Assembly: GCA_010356995.1 (NCBI GenBank)
Contig: ML996704.1
Location: 1 to 64,000, forward strand
DNA from: Trichodelitschia bisporula
Lineage: Eukaryota
Direction: 5' to 3'
Length of the DNA: 64,000 nucleotides
Each line of letters starts with the position of its first letter. Position 1 is the first letter of the stretch. The translations under genes were made by a program, and so were the position numbers. This document shows, in pieces, positions 23,556 through 41,563 of this stretch. The notes below the pieces were generated by a model. That model did no database searches. It had not been told where the DNA came from and worked only from the letters and a program-made list of their open reading frames with translations.

Positions 23556-26500
23556 TCTAACTCTCAACTTTACACCGTAGCCATTGCACGCGTCAAGCCT
23601 ATGCTCCATTACCTGCGGATCGCAAACCCGAGGTAGCAGAGTAAGTGTCCACGAGGAGCAGTGCACGCAGCCTTTCACTCCAAGACTCCTCCTGCAGATG
23701 GCGCAGTCTGATATAGAGGGGCGCCGCGCGGTCATTCCACCAACGACCACCAGCGGAACAACCCGGCCGCCTCGTCGCAAGGCTAAATTGCCCGAAGCCA
23801 GACACGGCCCGCGGACCAATGGTGTGCGCCGGGCGTCAGCCGCGGGCTGGGTCCCGCCCATTCGCCGGCCGCGCGAGTGTGGGAGGTCGGCGGTGATGGG
23901 GGGTGCCATGGGAGCTTAAAGCGACGTCGTGCCTTCGGCGGTGGCTAGCCATCGACATTGACAACGCACACCCACGAGCGATGCTGCACTTGCTGAGGGG
24001 AGGGTGCTTTGGTAAGAAGGGAATGGGATGTTGGGACTCCGATTAAGATTAACTGCACGCACGCCCCCCGGCTTGCAGCAATGGTCTTCCGCAAGGCCGG
24101 CGGTGCATATATGCATATGCACGCAGGCCGCGCCACGCGGGTAGAAAGGGGCTGCGGAGTCTGCGTCTGCGAGCGCGAGTCTGCGTGCGAATCGGCGAGG
24201 GAGCCAGTACGAGAGCCGCTGCAGCTGCTCCAATATTCTACCCGTCATCGTGCATACTAGGCAATATTGCGCGCGTCTACCTCGGGGTGGGTGCGAATGT
24301 CACCAGCGTGGGTAGGGACGCGCGAGGAGCTGCTCTGAGCCCCAGCCGATCGCCACCTGCCGCGCCGGCGGCGGGTATTTGATTTTCTTCCGCTGCGCAT
24401 CCCACCCGCGGGCTGGATATCGAAGCCGCCGCCGCCGGCCCGGCCGTGACACACGGGTTGTGGGAGCGGGATTCCGGGGCTGTGGACGCCGGGGAGGGGA
24501 GGAGTGGGGTGAGGCATTGGAGGGCGATGATTACAATTAAACATGCACGTTGTGGTGAGCTAGTGGAGTGGGCTGGATGGGGAAGGCGGGTGGTGGAGTT
24601 TGTGGCAAGCGTTTTCCACGTGGCGGAGGATGGGCGTGGTCCCCATGGGGGCCGGAGGGTGGGCCGTTGGGGACGGGGGTTTCTGTCTGGGCGTGACGGG
24701 AGCCGCGAGGAGAGGACCACAGCAACAACAACAACGCAACACAACACAAGTATCATACGATACAACGACTCCGCGACGACCTCGCGATCCACAATGCGTT
24801 CCGTTTCCAGTGATTATCACATGAGCCGAAACTCAAAGTCCCCCCGTCCCTCAACACCTAAGCCGCCGCTAACATGCCTTCCAAGCACCCTTCCATGCAG
24901 GTACACATGCACGCCGCCTGCACGACGTGCCCACGACGCGGCACGAACGGCCTGCGCGCAGCGCTGCGCAGCGGAGAAAACCTGCCGAACTGTGCGAGAC
25001 GCGGTCATGCACATGCAGCTCCCGCCGTCGCGCGTTAGGCCCGCGTAAGTGTAATTTGCCTGCCGCGCACTGGGTTCGGCACGCGAGCACGATGGGCCCC
25101 TTTGTTCGGTTGTGTTGTACGTTTTTTTGAGAGCGGGTGGCTTGGCGTTCTCCCGATCAACTTCTGTGCTTCTTCTGGGACGAATACGGCACTCGACGCG
25201 GGATGTATGCGTCTGGTCTCCTTCTCGTCCCTCTCACTCATCGCGCTGCCGTTTCGCCCTACACAGGGCGTAGTACCTACCTGCGTACCTGCGAACCTGC
25301 GGCTCAGCTGAGCTCCCCAGTCCGTTCAAACCTTCCGCCTCGGTTCTATGCAGGCGCGACTCGTGCTCCTCTCCCCACGATCAAGGCGTGCGCGCGCAGG
25401 ATCGAGGTTACACCCGCCTCCTCACACCTTTCCTCTCAACCTCAATGACCAGATACAGTGAGCAGGTGAAGACGAACGACGGAGATCGTCGCCCTCCTGT
25501 CGCTCTCTTACCCCTCTCATGTACTCAGTCCGAAGTGATATAAGCCCCGATCGCCGCGTGCAGTCTGTGACTAGTATGCGTCCGGACTCCAGCTGCAGCC
25601 ACCATACAGCAGCTGCAGAACGAGCCGCCGGCCCCCCCGCGCCGACGGAGCGACGCCCGCGGTCGCGGGTCGTGTGCTCCCCATGCGAGGGCCGGGGATG
25701 GGGGTGGTGGGTCATGCGTATGCGGGGGAGCTGGGATAGGGGATTGGGCCGGGCTGGGGTGGGCAGTGAGGTGCAGGCTGGGATCGCGTGAATTTGGCTT
25801 CTGTTGGGTTGGGAGTGGAGACTGCGTTGCACGGCGTTGTGGTTCGGGTTTGCAGTCCAGGTCCTCGGATGGCGGCCCAGCTGGATAGCAAGGGGTTGGG
25901 GGGCTACTTAGGTCGCTGCTCCGCTAGGATTTCCTCTCGTTCCATCGCGGACACTCCGACGGCATTGGTCTCGGACAGCTGTCACAAGTCACGCTGCTCA
26001 AACGTTCCGAAGCTTCATTGACCTCCGTAAACTACTGTAGCGCCCCAGCACTAAACGGGCCACCATAATCCGTACAAACATCCTCGCATCCAGCATTTCG
26101 CTGATCATCCTCCCCCCCGTTATCCAAAAGCTGAAGCAATTACATTCAAGAAAGCGGGCCCACAGTTGCCATTAAACACATACAAATGGTGATGTGGCCG
26201 TGATATCGTGTCATGCACGTTTTGCAGCGCCAAACAGTCGCTGCTGGGGAAAAATAGTTGCGAACATTCTAATGTAGGTGTATAGCCTGATTTCGTGCGA
26301 GACGTGTCAGGCAAAACTCGTGAATCATTTCGTTGGATGAAACATGTCTGAAAAAGCAATGCGGTCGTTAGAAATGAAATGGCCATGCGGCATCGTAAAG
26401 TTTGGCAGAGAAGGATAAGAGAAAAGACAGTATTTTGGTGACCGGGTGTGGTCGAGTGCGGTGAGTTCGTTTCAGCGAGTGTGGTGGTGAGTCGTTTCAG

Positions 26501-26757
26501 CGAGTGTGGGTCGTTAGTCGACAAATGGTAATTCGTAGATTTAGAGAGAGGCTGAGAGAGCGTGGGAAGCGTAATCTTCAGGGTTGATTGAAAGAGGATC
26601 CAGAGTGGGATGAAACGGCGTGGGATGGTCGCGAGGAGAGAGAGAGCAGGGGGGGGATCGAGAGGTCGTAAGGTAGTGAAATCGCCGGATCGCCCCAAGG
26701 ATGAAGGGATGACCGGATCGACAAGAGATCTGAACAGGGAAGATGGCACAACAGCCA

Positions 26758-28916
26758 TCACATTCGCGTCGCGACAACAGCAAGGGCAATCTGGACACGG
26801 TCAGAACAGCACGCACGTCGATCAGGGTCAGTACTCACCACAGCGCCGATGATCAACAGCCCGACCACGGACAATATTCGATTGGCGTTCCGCCACCATC
26901 GCGCCTTCTGGAAGCGCTTCTCGTTCGCAAGGCTGACCTCCGAAACGGCGTTGTGCGCGTACACCTGGCCATGCGCTTCGCCAATCTCCGTGGTACTGTG
27001 GGTCATATCGGGCGAAAGAAACTCGGCGGGTCGCGCGGGGAGAGGCAGGAGGGCACCGAGCATCCACACTGAACTGTCAGCAGCCGAAGACAACAAGATT
27101 AGTGCAGCAACTCACTTAAAGGACAAAGGAATCCGAGGCAAAAGAGCACAACCTGTCTGTTCGTCCGGCCCATCAGCCCGCCAATAAAGGGCTCGTCCAA
27201 CGACGGCGCGCGCCACGGTGTGTACATGGCAGTCGTGCGCCGGTCGCGGTGCAGTTGGGGCGCGTATATCGACGGCGCCGTTGCAGAGCGCTGCCGCTGC
27301 GGCGGCGTCGCGTCCGTCTGCATCGCAGTGTCTACCGTCTCTGCGGTCTCCGCGGTTCCTGTAGTCTCGCTAGTCTCAGGCCGGGGAGCATTCTGGCGCG
27401 GCCGGTTGCGTGGTACGAATATAGTTTGCGGAAAGGTGTCGCTCGTGGGGCTGCTTGTCGTCCCGCTCGTCGCCGTGTCTATTCGTCCGAGAGAAACATC
27501 AACCGAGGATGACGATGTCAGCACTGGCACAGGTTCGCCGTTGGCGTAGTATTGTCTGTTCGTCAGTGCGGGTCGACAGGAAGTGGAGACAGTGACGTAC
27601 CGTGCCCAACACAACTCCCCTCCAAAGCTCATCTGCGACGCATGCGACTGCGCACTGTCCGCCGACCCCGGGCGCGACTCGCGTGCCTGCGCGAACCGAA
27701 ACGAGCGCTGCGCCTTCAGCGTCGGAGACTGCAATTCGCCAAGCGTGTCATCCCCCTCCTCGGAGTCGCGGCCGCGGGCAAACAGCGGCGCCGGAATCGA
27801 GACCTCGCTCGGCGGGCCCGTTAACACGCCACTGCCCACCGAAAACGTGGCCTCTTCGCTCGGCGACGGCAGCACACCCACGCCATCGCTGCCGATCGTC
27901 CGCCGGCGGCGACCCCACGAGTTTCGCGAGTCTAGCGACTGCGAGTTGCGGTCCGACTCGGATGCGATTGTCGACAGGCGCGAGCTCCATTGTTGCACGC
28001 GGAAGGGCACGTCGGTCATTCGCGGGGCGGTGGCCGTCGATGGCCGCGAGACCTCGGCCCACGAGCCGCTCGCGGACGGCGGCCGGACAATGGGATACTG
28101 GAGCCTGCTATCGGGACGCGGGGCGGGTTGGGACGACGAGCGCGGGCGGTCGGCCGCAGATGTGTACGATGCGTCCGAGTAGGCGAGCGACTCGAACGAC
28201 TCTTTCAGCGCCGGGACGCGGCCAGTGCCACTGCTTCGACGGCGGCCAGATCCAAAACCTCTCACCGACGGAGTCGTCGGCGGAGGCGACGATGACGGAA
28301 AGATAACGTAGTTGGCCGAGCGCTTTTTGCTGGTAATGGTCTCTGTCGAGGTCGACGAAGAGAGGGACACTTGCGACTGTTTCGTGGCCAGGGGGGGCTC
28401 ATTGGAGGGAGTCACTGCGCGGATAGTCGGGCGGCTGGGTGCAGCTGCCTTTTCCTCTAATGAATCCCCCTTCGACTCTAATGATGGATCCTCGGGTAGC
28501 GGGGGTAGCGAGGCTCGTGCGCGCTCATCTCCATCATCGGCAAACTGGTCCAGGTAGGGCGAGGTACTGCCAATAAGGGTGCTATCGTCGGAGAGTGCGC
28601 TCGCCGCCGACGCGCGGTGCCTGTGCGAAGCCAGCGGTTCGGGCACCAGCGTCTTGCGGTCGACGGTCTTCGGCGGCGGATTGGCGGGAGAGTTTTCATC
28701 TGAAACGGGACGGCCCCGGTCCGCATAAGGAGTTAAAATTTGCGACGGGTGCGATGGAAACGGCGACTTCGAATAGGCTCCCGGATCGGCAACGATGCGG
28801 ATAGTCGGCGTGCTCGCATTTTTTTCTGAGTCGGAGCGCTGATGCAGCACATTTCGCTTGGGCGAGGCGGGGGAGCGTCTTGGGGATCGCGAAGGGGAGC
28901 GCGAAGCCGTGGACAT
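26758..28916 (-). CDS. Ser/Pro/Arg-rich fungal protein with two C-terminal transmembrane segments (function unknown)
   Basis: Long ORF plus introns at 27556-27600, 27069-27115 and 26791-26838. Spliced C-terminus: QVVLFCLGFLCPLMWMLGALLPLP...KARWWRNANRILSVVGLLIIGAVIALAVV. Confidence 0.85.
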
Positions 28917-31057
28917 TTTGAAAATTACTGTGCGGGGTTCGCAGGTCGATCAAACATTAAACAAAAAGAACAAAAGGCCAAGCCGTGTCAAAAGAGCGAC
29001 GAGAAGATGAACATGCCAAAAGAGCGACTGCCACGAGGGCGAGCGAGAGACTGCACCCTGAGAGTATGAATGTTGAACAGAGTTGAAGAAAGAATTGCAA
29101 GTCCAAAGAGCGCGCCGGCTTTCTCTTCAGAGGAGCTCAGGAGACTCTGGCGGTCAACGAGTGGTCGAGCGCAGACGTGACTATGCAAGCCAATGCATGC
29201 AGGAGTGTCAACTAGCACAACCAACGGCCCCGCCCGTAGCCCTACCGCCAGGCACACAAGTGGTCGTGCGCGGAAATTGGATCTGGAGTGCGTTGGCCTT
29301 CCTGACGATCAATCAAGGCCAACGATGAATAAAGAGTCGGCAAAGACGGACGACAGCGGGAAAGAATCGACAATCGACAAGCGCGGGGAGCGGAGGCGGC
29401 TCGAGATCGAGTTAAGATAAGGAGGCGAACGATGACCGCGCTCGAGAACGCCCTAGTCTTTTTCGCGATGCGCTCGTGGACGCGTTCGTGGGGGCGCGGC
29501 TGTATGAATTGGCCAATCAACGCGCGCCAACTCGCAGCTCTTAAATGAATTTTGAGCACGAGCTGTCGAATCAGCGTCAACTTCCGGATGTGGGGATGCG
29601 CGCGCTGTGGTGAGAACTCAAGGTCCGAGAACCGCCGGTCGATCGTGGGAAGAGCCGCGCAGGAGCTGTGAAACCGTCAGCCATCATATCTGCTTTTAGC
29701 TCGCATGCAGGAGCAGAATGCAGATGCAACATGTTGGCGGGGAGACAAATTCCACTTCAAGCCTTCAAAGGAGGATTATTGAGCCAATACGGATGTTTAT
29801 CGCTTGGGGAATGTCAACAAAGGGCGGAGCAAGACAGGGCGAAGGAGCAAGTGGACCCCAGGATGGACAGGACGGATGCAAGACATTCGACAAAGGAGCA
29901 GCCTAAGACAGCAGGCACGTCACGGCATGAAGAGAAAGGGATCGTACTGGAAGCGTAATGAGGTTGACCGAGATGTTGACTGCTTGTACCGGTACACTTG
30001 CGATGCTCGGGGTGCCGATATCCCGTGATCGTGATGATGTAGTTGATGCCTCAGGCAGAAACGGTTCGAGAAAGCGAGTCGAGAAACAAACGGCGAGAAC
30101 AGACGAAGGAAGCCCCGTTTAGAATAGAGAACCAGAATCACTGAATTCCCCTGAGAGCTTCTTCGTCTACGCCATGTCTCTTCTTATAACTCCGATCCAT
30201 CCCAGCGCGAATCGATCGCTCATCAAGGAACCTCGTTCACGAGTCCTCCACTGGCTCAAGCCGATCCGTCCTGAAACTCTCAGGGAGCCGCCAACGCCTG
30301 GCCTGCTCGGCCGACCACCCAAGGCCTGGCGATGCGTCGCCTTTGAATAGTTTGTGCATGCACCGGCCCTGAGCCTGAAGAATTTGATCATCCTGTGTTG
30401 ACAATGTCCGGTGTTGGCCCTGTGCAATATTGACCTACAATGCGGAGGCACCGCGCGGTGAAGTTCGAAGCTGGTTTGGCCACACAAGAAAGCCACGTAT
30501 TGTCGATTGCAGCATGCAGTCTACATGCAGCCAAAGACAGGCCTCGGCCTCCAGCGATGCGCTCAATATATGTCCCTCAATGTCACACTAGCTTGGGCGG
30601 GCTATATCGCATGAGCGAGAGATGCCACTGATCGGATGCGGACATGCTGCTCATAACAAAGGTATTTTTGTGCTCGTGCTGTGGATGAGATGCGTTCTTC
30701 AGTCGTCATGCTGCAATGCCGTCGATATTGACGGCAACCAGCTGAGTTCCGTCTGGCGTTTGCCGTCTGCAGGTCGTCATCCCACCGCCGTCGTAATGGT
30801 CTGAAAGCCGTCGCGCTGGAAGAGGCAGTTAACAACCAACTTTGATGAAGTGCAGTGAGTGGTGACAAAGGATACACGTGACCGCTTGGCACCCCGAGCT
30901 CGCCTCCACCGCTCCCCGACCAGCAGGCAGCGCCGTCCGTCTACTCCTTATCCCGAGACCGCATCCACCCTCACCACGTTGCCTGTTAGCCTATCGCCCA
31001 AAAACCACTTCCACACCCCAGACTCTACCGTAAAACCCCCGCGTTCAGGTCGCCGCC

Positions 31058-31934
<877 letters not shown>

Positions 31935-32705
31935 GTTTGCGTGGGCTGTCGCTGTTCGGGTCGGCGTTTGACGATGTGTACTTCTTCTATTACGGCTGTC
32001 TCCCGGGCCAGCAGCTGCTTGCTTGGATGACGGGGGCGACTTGACGATAGTCGGGGCGACGGCGCATGAATATGATGCTCTTTCCTCACGTATTTCAACG
32101 ACATCTGGCTGGGATGGCTGCATGCATGCTGGTATTCTGCGGGTATGCCTAATATGCTTTGTTGATGCTTTGGCGGGAGGTCAGCTGTAGAGAGTAATGG
32201 AGTTTGATGTGCCTTCCGTTGTTCATTCTCTTTGCCAATTCGGTTGTGATGTCACGACCAATGAAACGTGAAACCCATTCTTTGTCCGATACGCCTCAAA
32301 ATCTGTAGAAATCTTTCAAAATCGTACACAAACGCACGAGGCACAAAGTCTCGCCTAATATATCTTCTCATCGGGCTAAAGATACCAATATAAAGAGAGA
32401 ACAAGAGCAGCCCGATCTGAGCATAGCAAGCCTAATAGACCTCACTGCGTAATTCCCCGCATCTCGAGTGGCAAATCCACCAAGTGGTCAGAGCTCCCGC
32501 CAAGCGGATCGCGGAGCATTCAGGTTGCCAGGCAAACAGGCATCGTCCACAAACACCACTCGATTCACGACCATCTGCTTCTACTCCACTCCTCGCCCTC
32601 AAGTCCACCTCTCCCACCTTCCCAACCCCCACTGCACCTCCACCTATCGCAACTCTTCCAAGCAAACGTTCAATAAACGCGCACCTAAATTCACTCGTAT
32701 CCCAA

Positions 32706-34265
32706 ATGGCTTCCGACACAGCTACCCACCCGGCCCCGACAAATGAGTCGAAGTCGGCTCGCAAGAAGAAGTCCAAGGCCGAGGCTGCGGGCGCGGGCAA
32801 CGCAAACGGCGGGGGCTATGCGGGTTCTGACGCCGGCGGTACGAAGCCAGATGGGTCTGAAGGCTCCGAGCACCCGATGATCCGCGAGTTGCAGAAGTGA
32901 GTTGGCCGTTGGGGGCCCGGGCAAGCTGACAGTCGTAGGAATATCCGCAACGTCAACAAGAAACTCGTGAGCATCGTCTTTGTGACGCGTTTGCACCCTA
33001 CTAACGCACCCAGAATCTCATGCAGAAAGTTGACAAGATCATCGAAGAAAACCCAGACCAGTCACTCGACGAGCTGGTCGCCGCGCGCAAGATAAACGCC
33101 GACCAAAAGGCTCAGGCCCAGAAGAAGCCTGGCCTTCAGGCTCAGCTGGCGCAGTTTGAGGAACAGCTTGCGCAGTTCAAGAAGTTCGAGGCCGACTTCC
33201 AAGCCCAGGCGACCAAGGACAAGGAGGAGCTGGTCGCTCGACACGCCGAGGAGCTGGCAAAGGTGCGCAAGTCGGCCAAGGCCGAGGCACTCGAAAATGC
33301 TGTAAAATTGTTCAAGGACCGCATGCTGGTGTTCTCGCGCTTCCTATCTGCAGCGGCGCGTCGGCGTGGCAACGAAGAGGAGGACCTCAGCGATGAAGGG
33401 AAAGCCTTCGAGGGTGTCCTGCTGCTGGTGTATGCTGGCGACCACACGGCCGTTGCCGCGGCCCACAAGCTCATCGACGGCGTGGACGAGCTGGTGCCGG
33501 CTATCGACGGCGTGCCAACCACAGTGCCGTGTAAGTGTGATTTCCGTATCGCAGTGTTGTCAGAGCGTAGCTGAGATTGCAGACCACCGCGTTAGGGAGC
33601 TAGCGCTACTCGAGACTCCACTTCCTGAGGAAGTCGCTGAAGCTGCACCCTCCCAGCCGGCGCCCCTGGAGTCGAGCGTCGATCCAACGATCGCTGCTGC
33701 CGGTCTGCACGAACTTGACACTCCTCAGGCGAACGAAACAGACGAAGTGGTCTTGGAGGCTCCTGCCCCGCCAAACGCTAGCGTGTCCACTGCCGGCAAC
33801 CAGGTCGCCGAGGACTTGCTCGAGAAGAAACCCGAGGACAGTCTGGCGGAGAGCTACGAATTCGTCCATCCCGTAGTTGAAACTCCGGCTGCTACCCCGG
33901 CTGCCACTCCGGCTGCCGCTCCATCATCCACCAACAGCGCTCCGGACACACAAACCCCCGGCACCCCTACGACCCCGTCATCGACCCTCGCGGCGGCGGG
34001 TACCCCGGCTCCGCCATCGGCAGTCGGCACGACGAACGGCGACGGCTTTCACGAAGTTGGCAATGGTCGGGGTCGGGGTCGTGGCAACTACATGAACGAT
34101 CGCGGTGACCGTGGTGCCTTCCGCGGTCGTGGCCGTGGCGAGGGTCGCGGTCGTGGCTTCCGTGGCGACTTTCGTGGCCGTGGCCGCGGTTTTAGAGGCG
34201 ATCGTGGACGTGGCCGTGGTGATTCGTCCGCGGGAGGCCAAGCTCCGCCAAAGCCTCCGCAGTAG
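32706..34265 (+). CDS. Coiled-coil plus C-terminal RG/RGG-repeat protein, Caprin-like
   Basis: Introns at 32897-32938, 32967-33013 and 33531-33582. Helical region KNIRNVNKKL...KINADQKAQ, acidic Pro-rich linker, and an RGRGRG-rich tail. The gene model is solid; the family label is by motif resemblance only. Confidence 0.8.
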
Positions 34266-35911
34266 AGGCATGTGTGGATCTTGAGATTCGAGTACCGAGG
34301 TGATTAGCGTTGAACGGGGATTGTCAATATTGAGGAGCGCGGGAGGCTGGAAAAGTGGATCTGTGATGACATACTAATGTACAGGCTCGGTCTTCTCTGT
34401 GTGTACTCCAAGCATTTGACTCTTCATTCGGCATCTTTCGCTTCTATGCCCTGTACCGTGTCTGCTCTACCTGGGTCTATCTGCGTCTGTCTTTTGCTGC
34501 ATTGTTATCATTGCCCTTTTTATCGTCGCCATTGTTTATCATCGCCATTTCATCTGCTATCTGTTATCTGTCATCACCCAGCCGGCGCTGTCTGAGATTC
34601 CCCTTCTTTTGGTCTGGCCTTTTGGGCAGGGCTGGTGTTCTTGGTCATTGGTCGTGTTCTGCTTGTTTTCTGTTTCGGGTGCAGGTGCTGACCCTTGCAC
34701 TCGAGCGGGTGCAAAAAGTGTTTGACTGCTCATCGAAGGCGTTTGCATAGCGCGGAACTGTGTGGAACGAATATACCTAGGTTATTGGGGTCTGTAGGAG
34801 GAACTGGTAGTTACGGGTGGGTGGGATCAGATGTGGCCGGGCAACAGGTGGAGGCGTACGTAGACAAAATCAAGTACTATTTAATGGGGTAAAGGAGAAC
34901 ACGAGGCTGGCCCAAGGCTGAGGTGCAGCTGGTGCAGTGCAGATGGACAGCGGACTGGCTGCCGAGGCCGGGTAGAGTAACCATTGCCAGTGTCAAACAC
35001 GACGAGTTCGTCTCCTCGGCTGTGCTCCGTACCACGATTGAAGTGAGATTGAGGGAATGGTCACGGTCGGCAGAAGTATCACCTCTCGATAGTAACAGAG
35101 CCGCCCCCACTTATCAGTAGACCGGGCCGATGATCTTCGAGTCGTTCGCACCAAAATGTGTGGCTGCACCCCCAGATTGTGGCGGAATAGAGTGATGCAA
35201 GCGCGGATTCAATCTGGGGGAATGCCAAGGCAAACAACGCTTGCAGTGGGGGAATCTGAGTCCTCTGAGAGAAGCACCGCGGACGACAGTGTCTGAAGAG
35301 GTGAATCGCCCATCCGAAGCAGCATTGCTGTAGCATCGCCAAATAAATTACGACATCATCGTTTTTCAGCAAGCGCTCACTCGCTCGCCATGCGAGGGTG
35401 CCTGCACTTTTGCTAGCTGCGATTGCCCCCTCTTTCTGTTCCTCTTCCGTTCCCTCACCCTCACCCTCCCCCTCTTTTTCACCCTGAGGCTCATCTTCAT
35501 CTTCAACCCCATCCTCTACCTCTATTGCGCTGCAAATCTCGACGTCTGCATCTCCGCATTTTTGCACCGTCTCCTCGTTCGCGGTTGATCTATCTCCTCG
35601 GCATATGCAGCATTTGCATCTCGCCACCAAGTTGACCTCCCACCACTCAGATCATCCTTGCAGAGTTGCTGCCTCGCTTGCTTCCCCAGCGCAGCGCCAA
35701 CCTTAGTGCCTGAGGCTCCATCCCGGTCGTGCGATCCGCTCCGCGACATCGTCCAACCTCGACCAGTTCCATCAGTCGACCTAGCCGTTCGTTTCCGCCC
35801 GCATTCTTCGTCGTTCCTCGCGCAAACTGAGAAGTCCATACGATTACCCGTTCCCTGCCCCGCGCTGCAGCTACGGCCCGCGTTCAACCCCTAGCCCCGC
35901 TTGCGCCGACG

Positions 35912-40569
<4,658 letters not shown>

Positions 40570-40878
40570 GGAGCGGGCGCGAGATACCGCGCGCTTAGGC
40601 CTGAGCCTGGCCCGGGAACAAAATTCTGACATGGAATAGCGCGTGCATTTGATTGTAGGTAACGAGAGCGTAAGGAGCCGGAGTTCTTGTTGGTTGGTGT
40701 TCTATGGGATTGTGGGGGCGTGGGTGCGAGATAGGCTTGTTCAGATGGATGGATGGGTGGGTGGTGTTAGGTTGATGACACGTTATGTAGATTATGGATG
40801 CGTTTTCCGATACTTTTACTTCTCCTCTGATGTTTGATCCATGATGAGTTTTGTCTCAGTGACGTCTGTTGTGTATGG

Positions 40879-40918
40879 GGTTGGAGTCGGCTGACCTTGC
40901 GGTCAGCCGACTCCAACC
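40879..40918. repeat. Perfect 18-bp inverted repeat with 4-nt loop
   Basis: GGTTGGAGTCGGCTGACC-TTGC-GGTCAGCCGACTCCAACC. Confidence 0.95.
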
Positions 40919-41563
40919 GTGCCAACCTGCAGCATGCAGGTCCGCCACGTGTAACCCGCATACCATGTGTGATGACGAACCCCCTCTCGCAGCCGCACGA
41001 TGCAACACAGGCCCAATGCCGTGCTTTCCCGGCCGGGTGGCCATGTGGCATGGGGCATGCGGCTGAGGGACCTAACCCACGGCAACCCTGTTGGTGGAGT
41101 ATGCGTGGACGCGCGAGACAGGGTGTTTCAGGGGACGATTTAGCAGAACGGCGCCATGTACGGTAGGGGTTCAGCGAGAGTCATATAGTCGCGGGAGAGG
41201 CGATATTCGCCAAGGTTCTTGTATTCTTGTCGGTTCTGAGCATCTTATGTGAGCTCTCATCACGGCCAATTTGACCACACCAATTGCAATAGCGGAGCTG
41301 GAGTCCGGGGAGATGAAGCCGTAGAGTATGACGGCGCTTGAGAGCGGGTTGCCGCATGCTCGGGGTCTGAAAATGGGGATGGCATTGAAGTTCGTGGTCA
41401 TGGAGCTTCGCTTTGGATGTAATCCAGGAGCAAATGAATTATAGATTCGGGTTTGCGAATCGCTATCGAGGAAATGTGAGCGCCTTCAAATGCAGAGTGT
41501 AGTAATGATGCAGTGGTATCTCGCGCCTGGATGACCGCCTCCCATGTTCATCAGATACGCCTT

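Noticed and set aside
26460..26510. ~25-bp tandem duplication (GTGAGT.CGTTTCAGCGAGTGTGG x2); similar tiny repeats at 7810-7850, 11190-11217 and 40559-40599
   Set aside because: Ordinary slippage duplications in UTR or intergenic DNA with no further structure.
22200..26700. Short ORFs between the AT-hook gene and the Ser-rich membrane protein gene
   Set aside because: No recognisable domains or coherent exon chain; treated as intergenic/UTR.
41070..41079. CCTAACCC as a telomerase RNA template
   Set aside because: The match is too short (8 nt) and expected by chance in this C-rich sequence. No other telomerase RNA elements were recognised.
41168..41192. TTCAG...ATATAGTC resembling group I intron R/S elements
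   Set aside because: The spacing is too short for P7/P8, and no host gene or other core elements are present.
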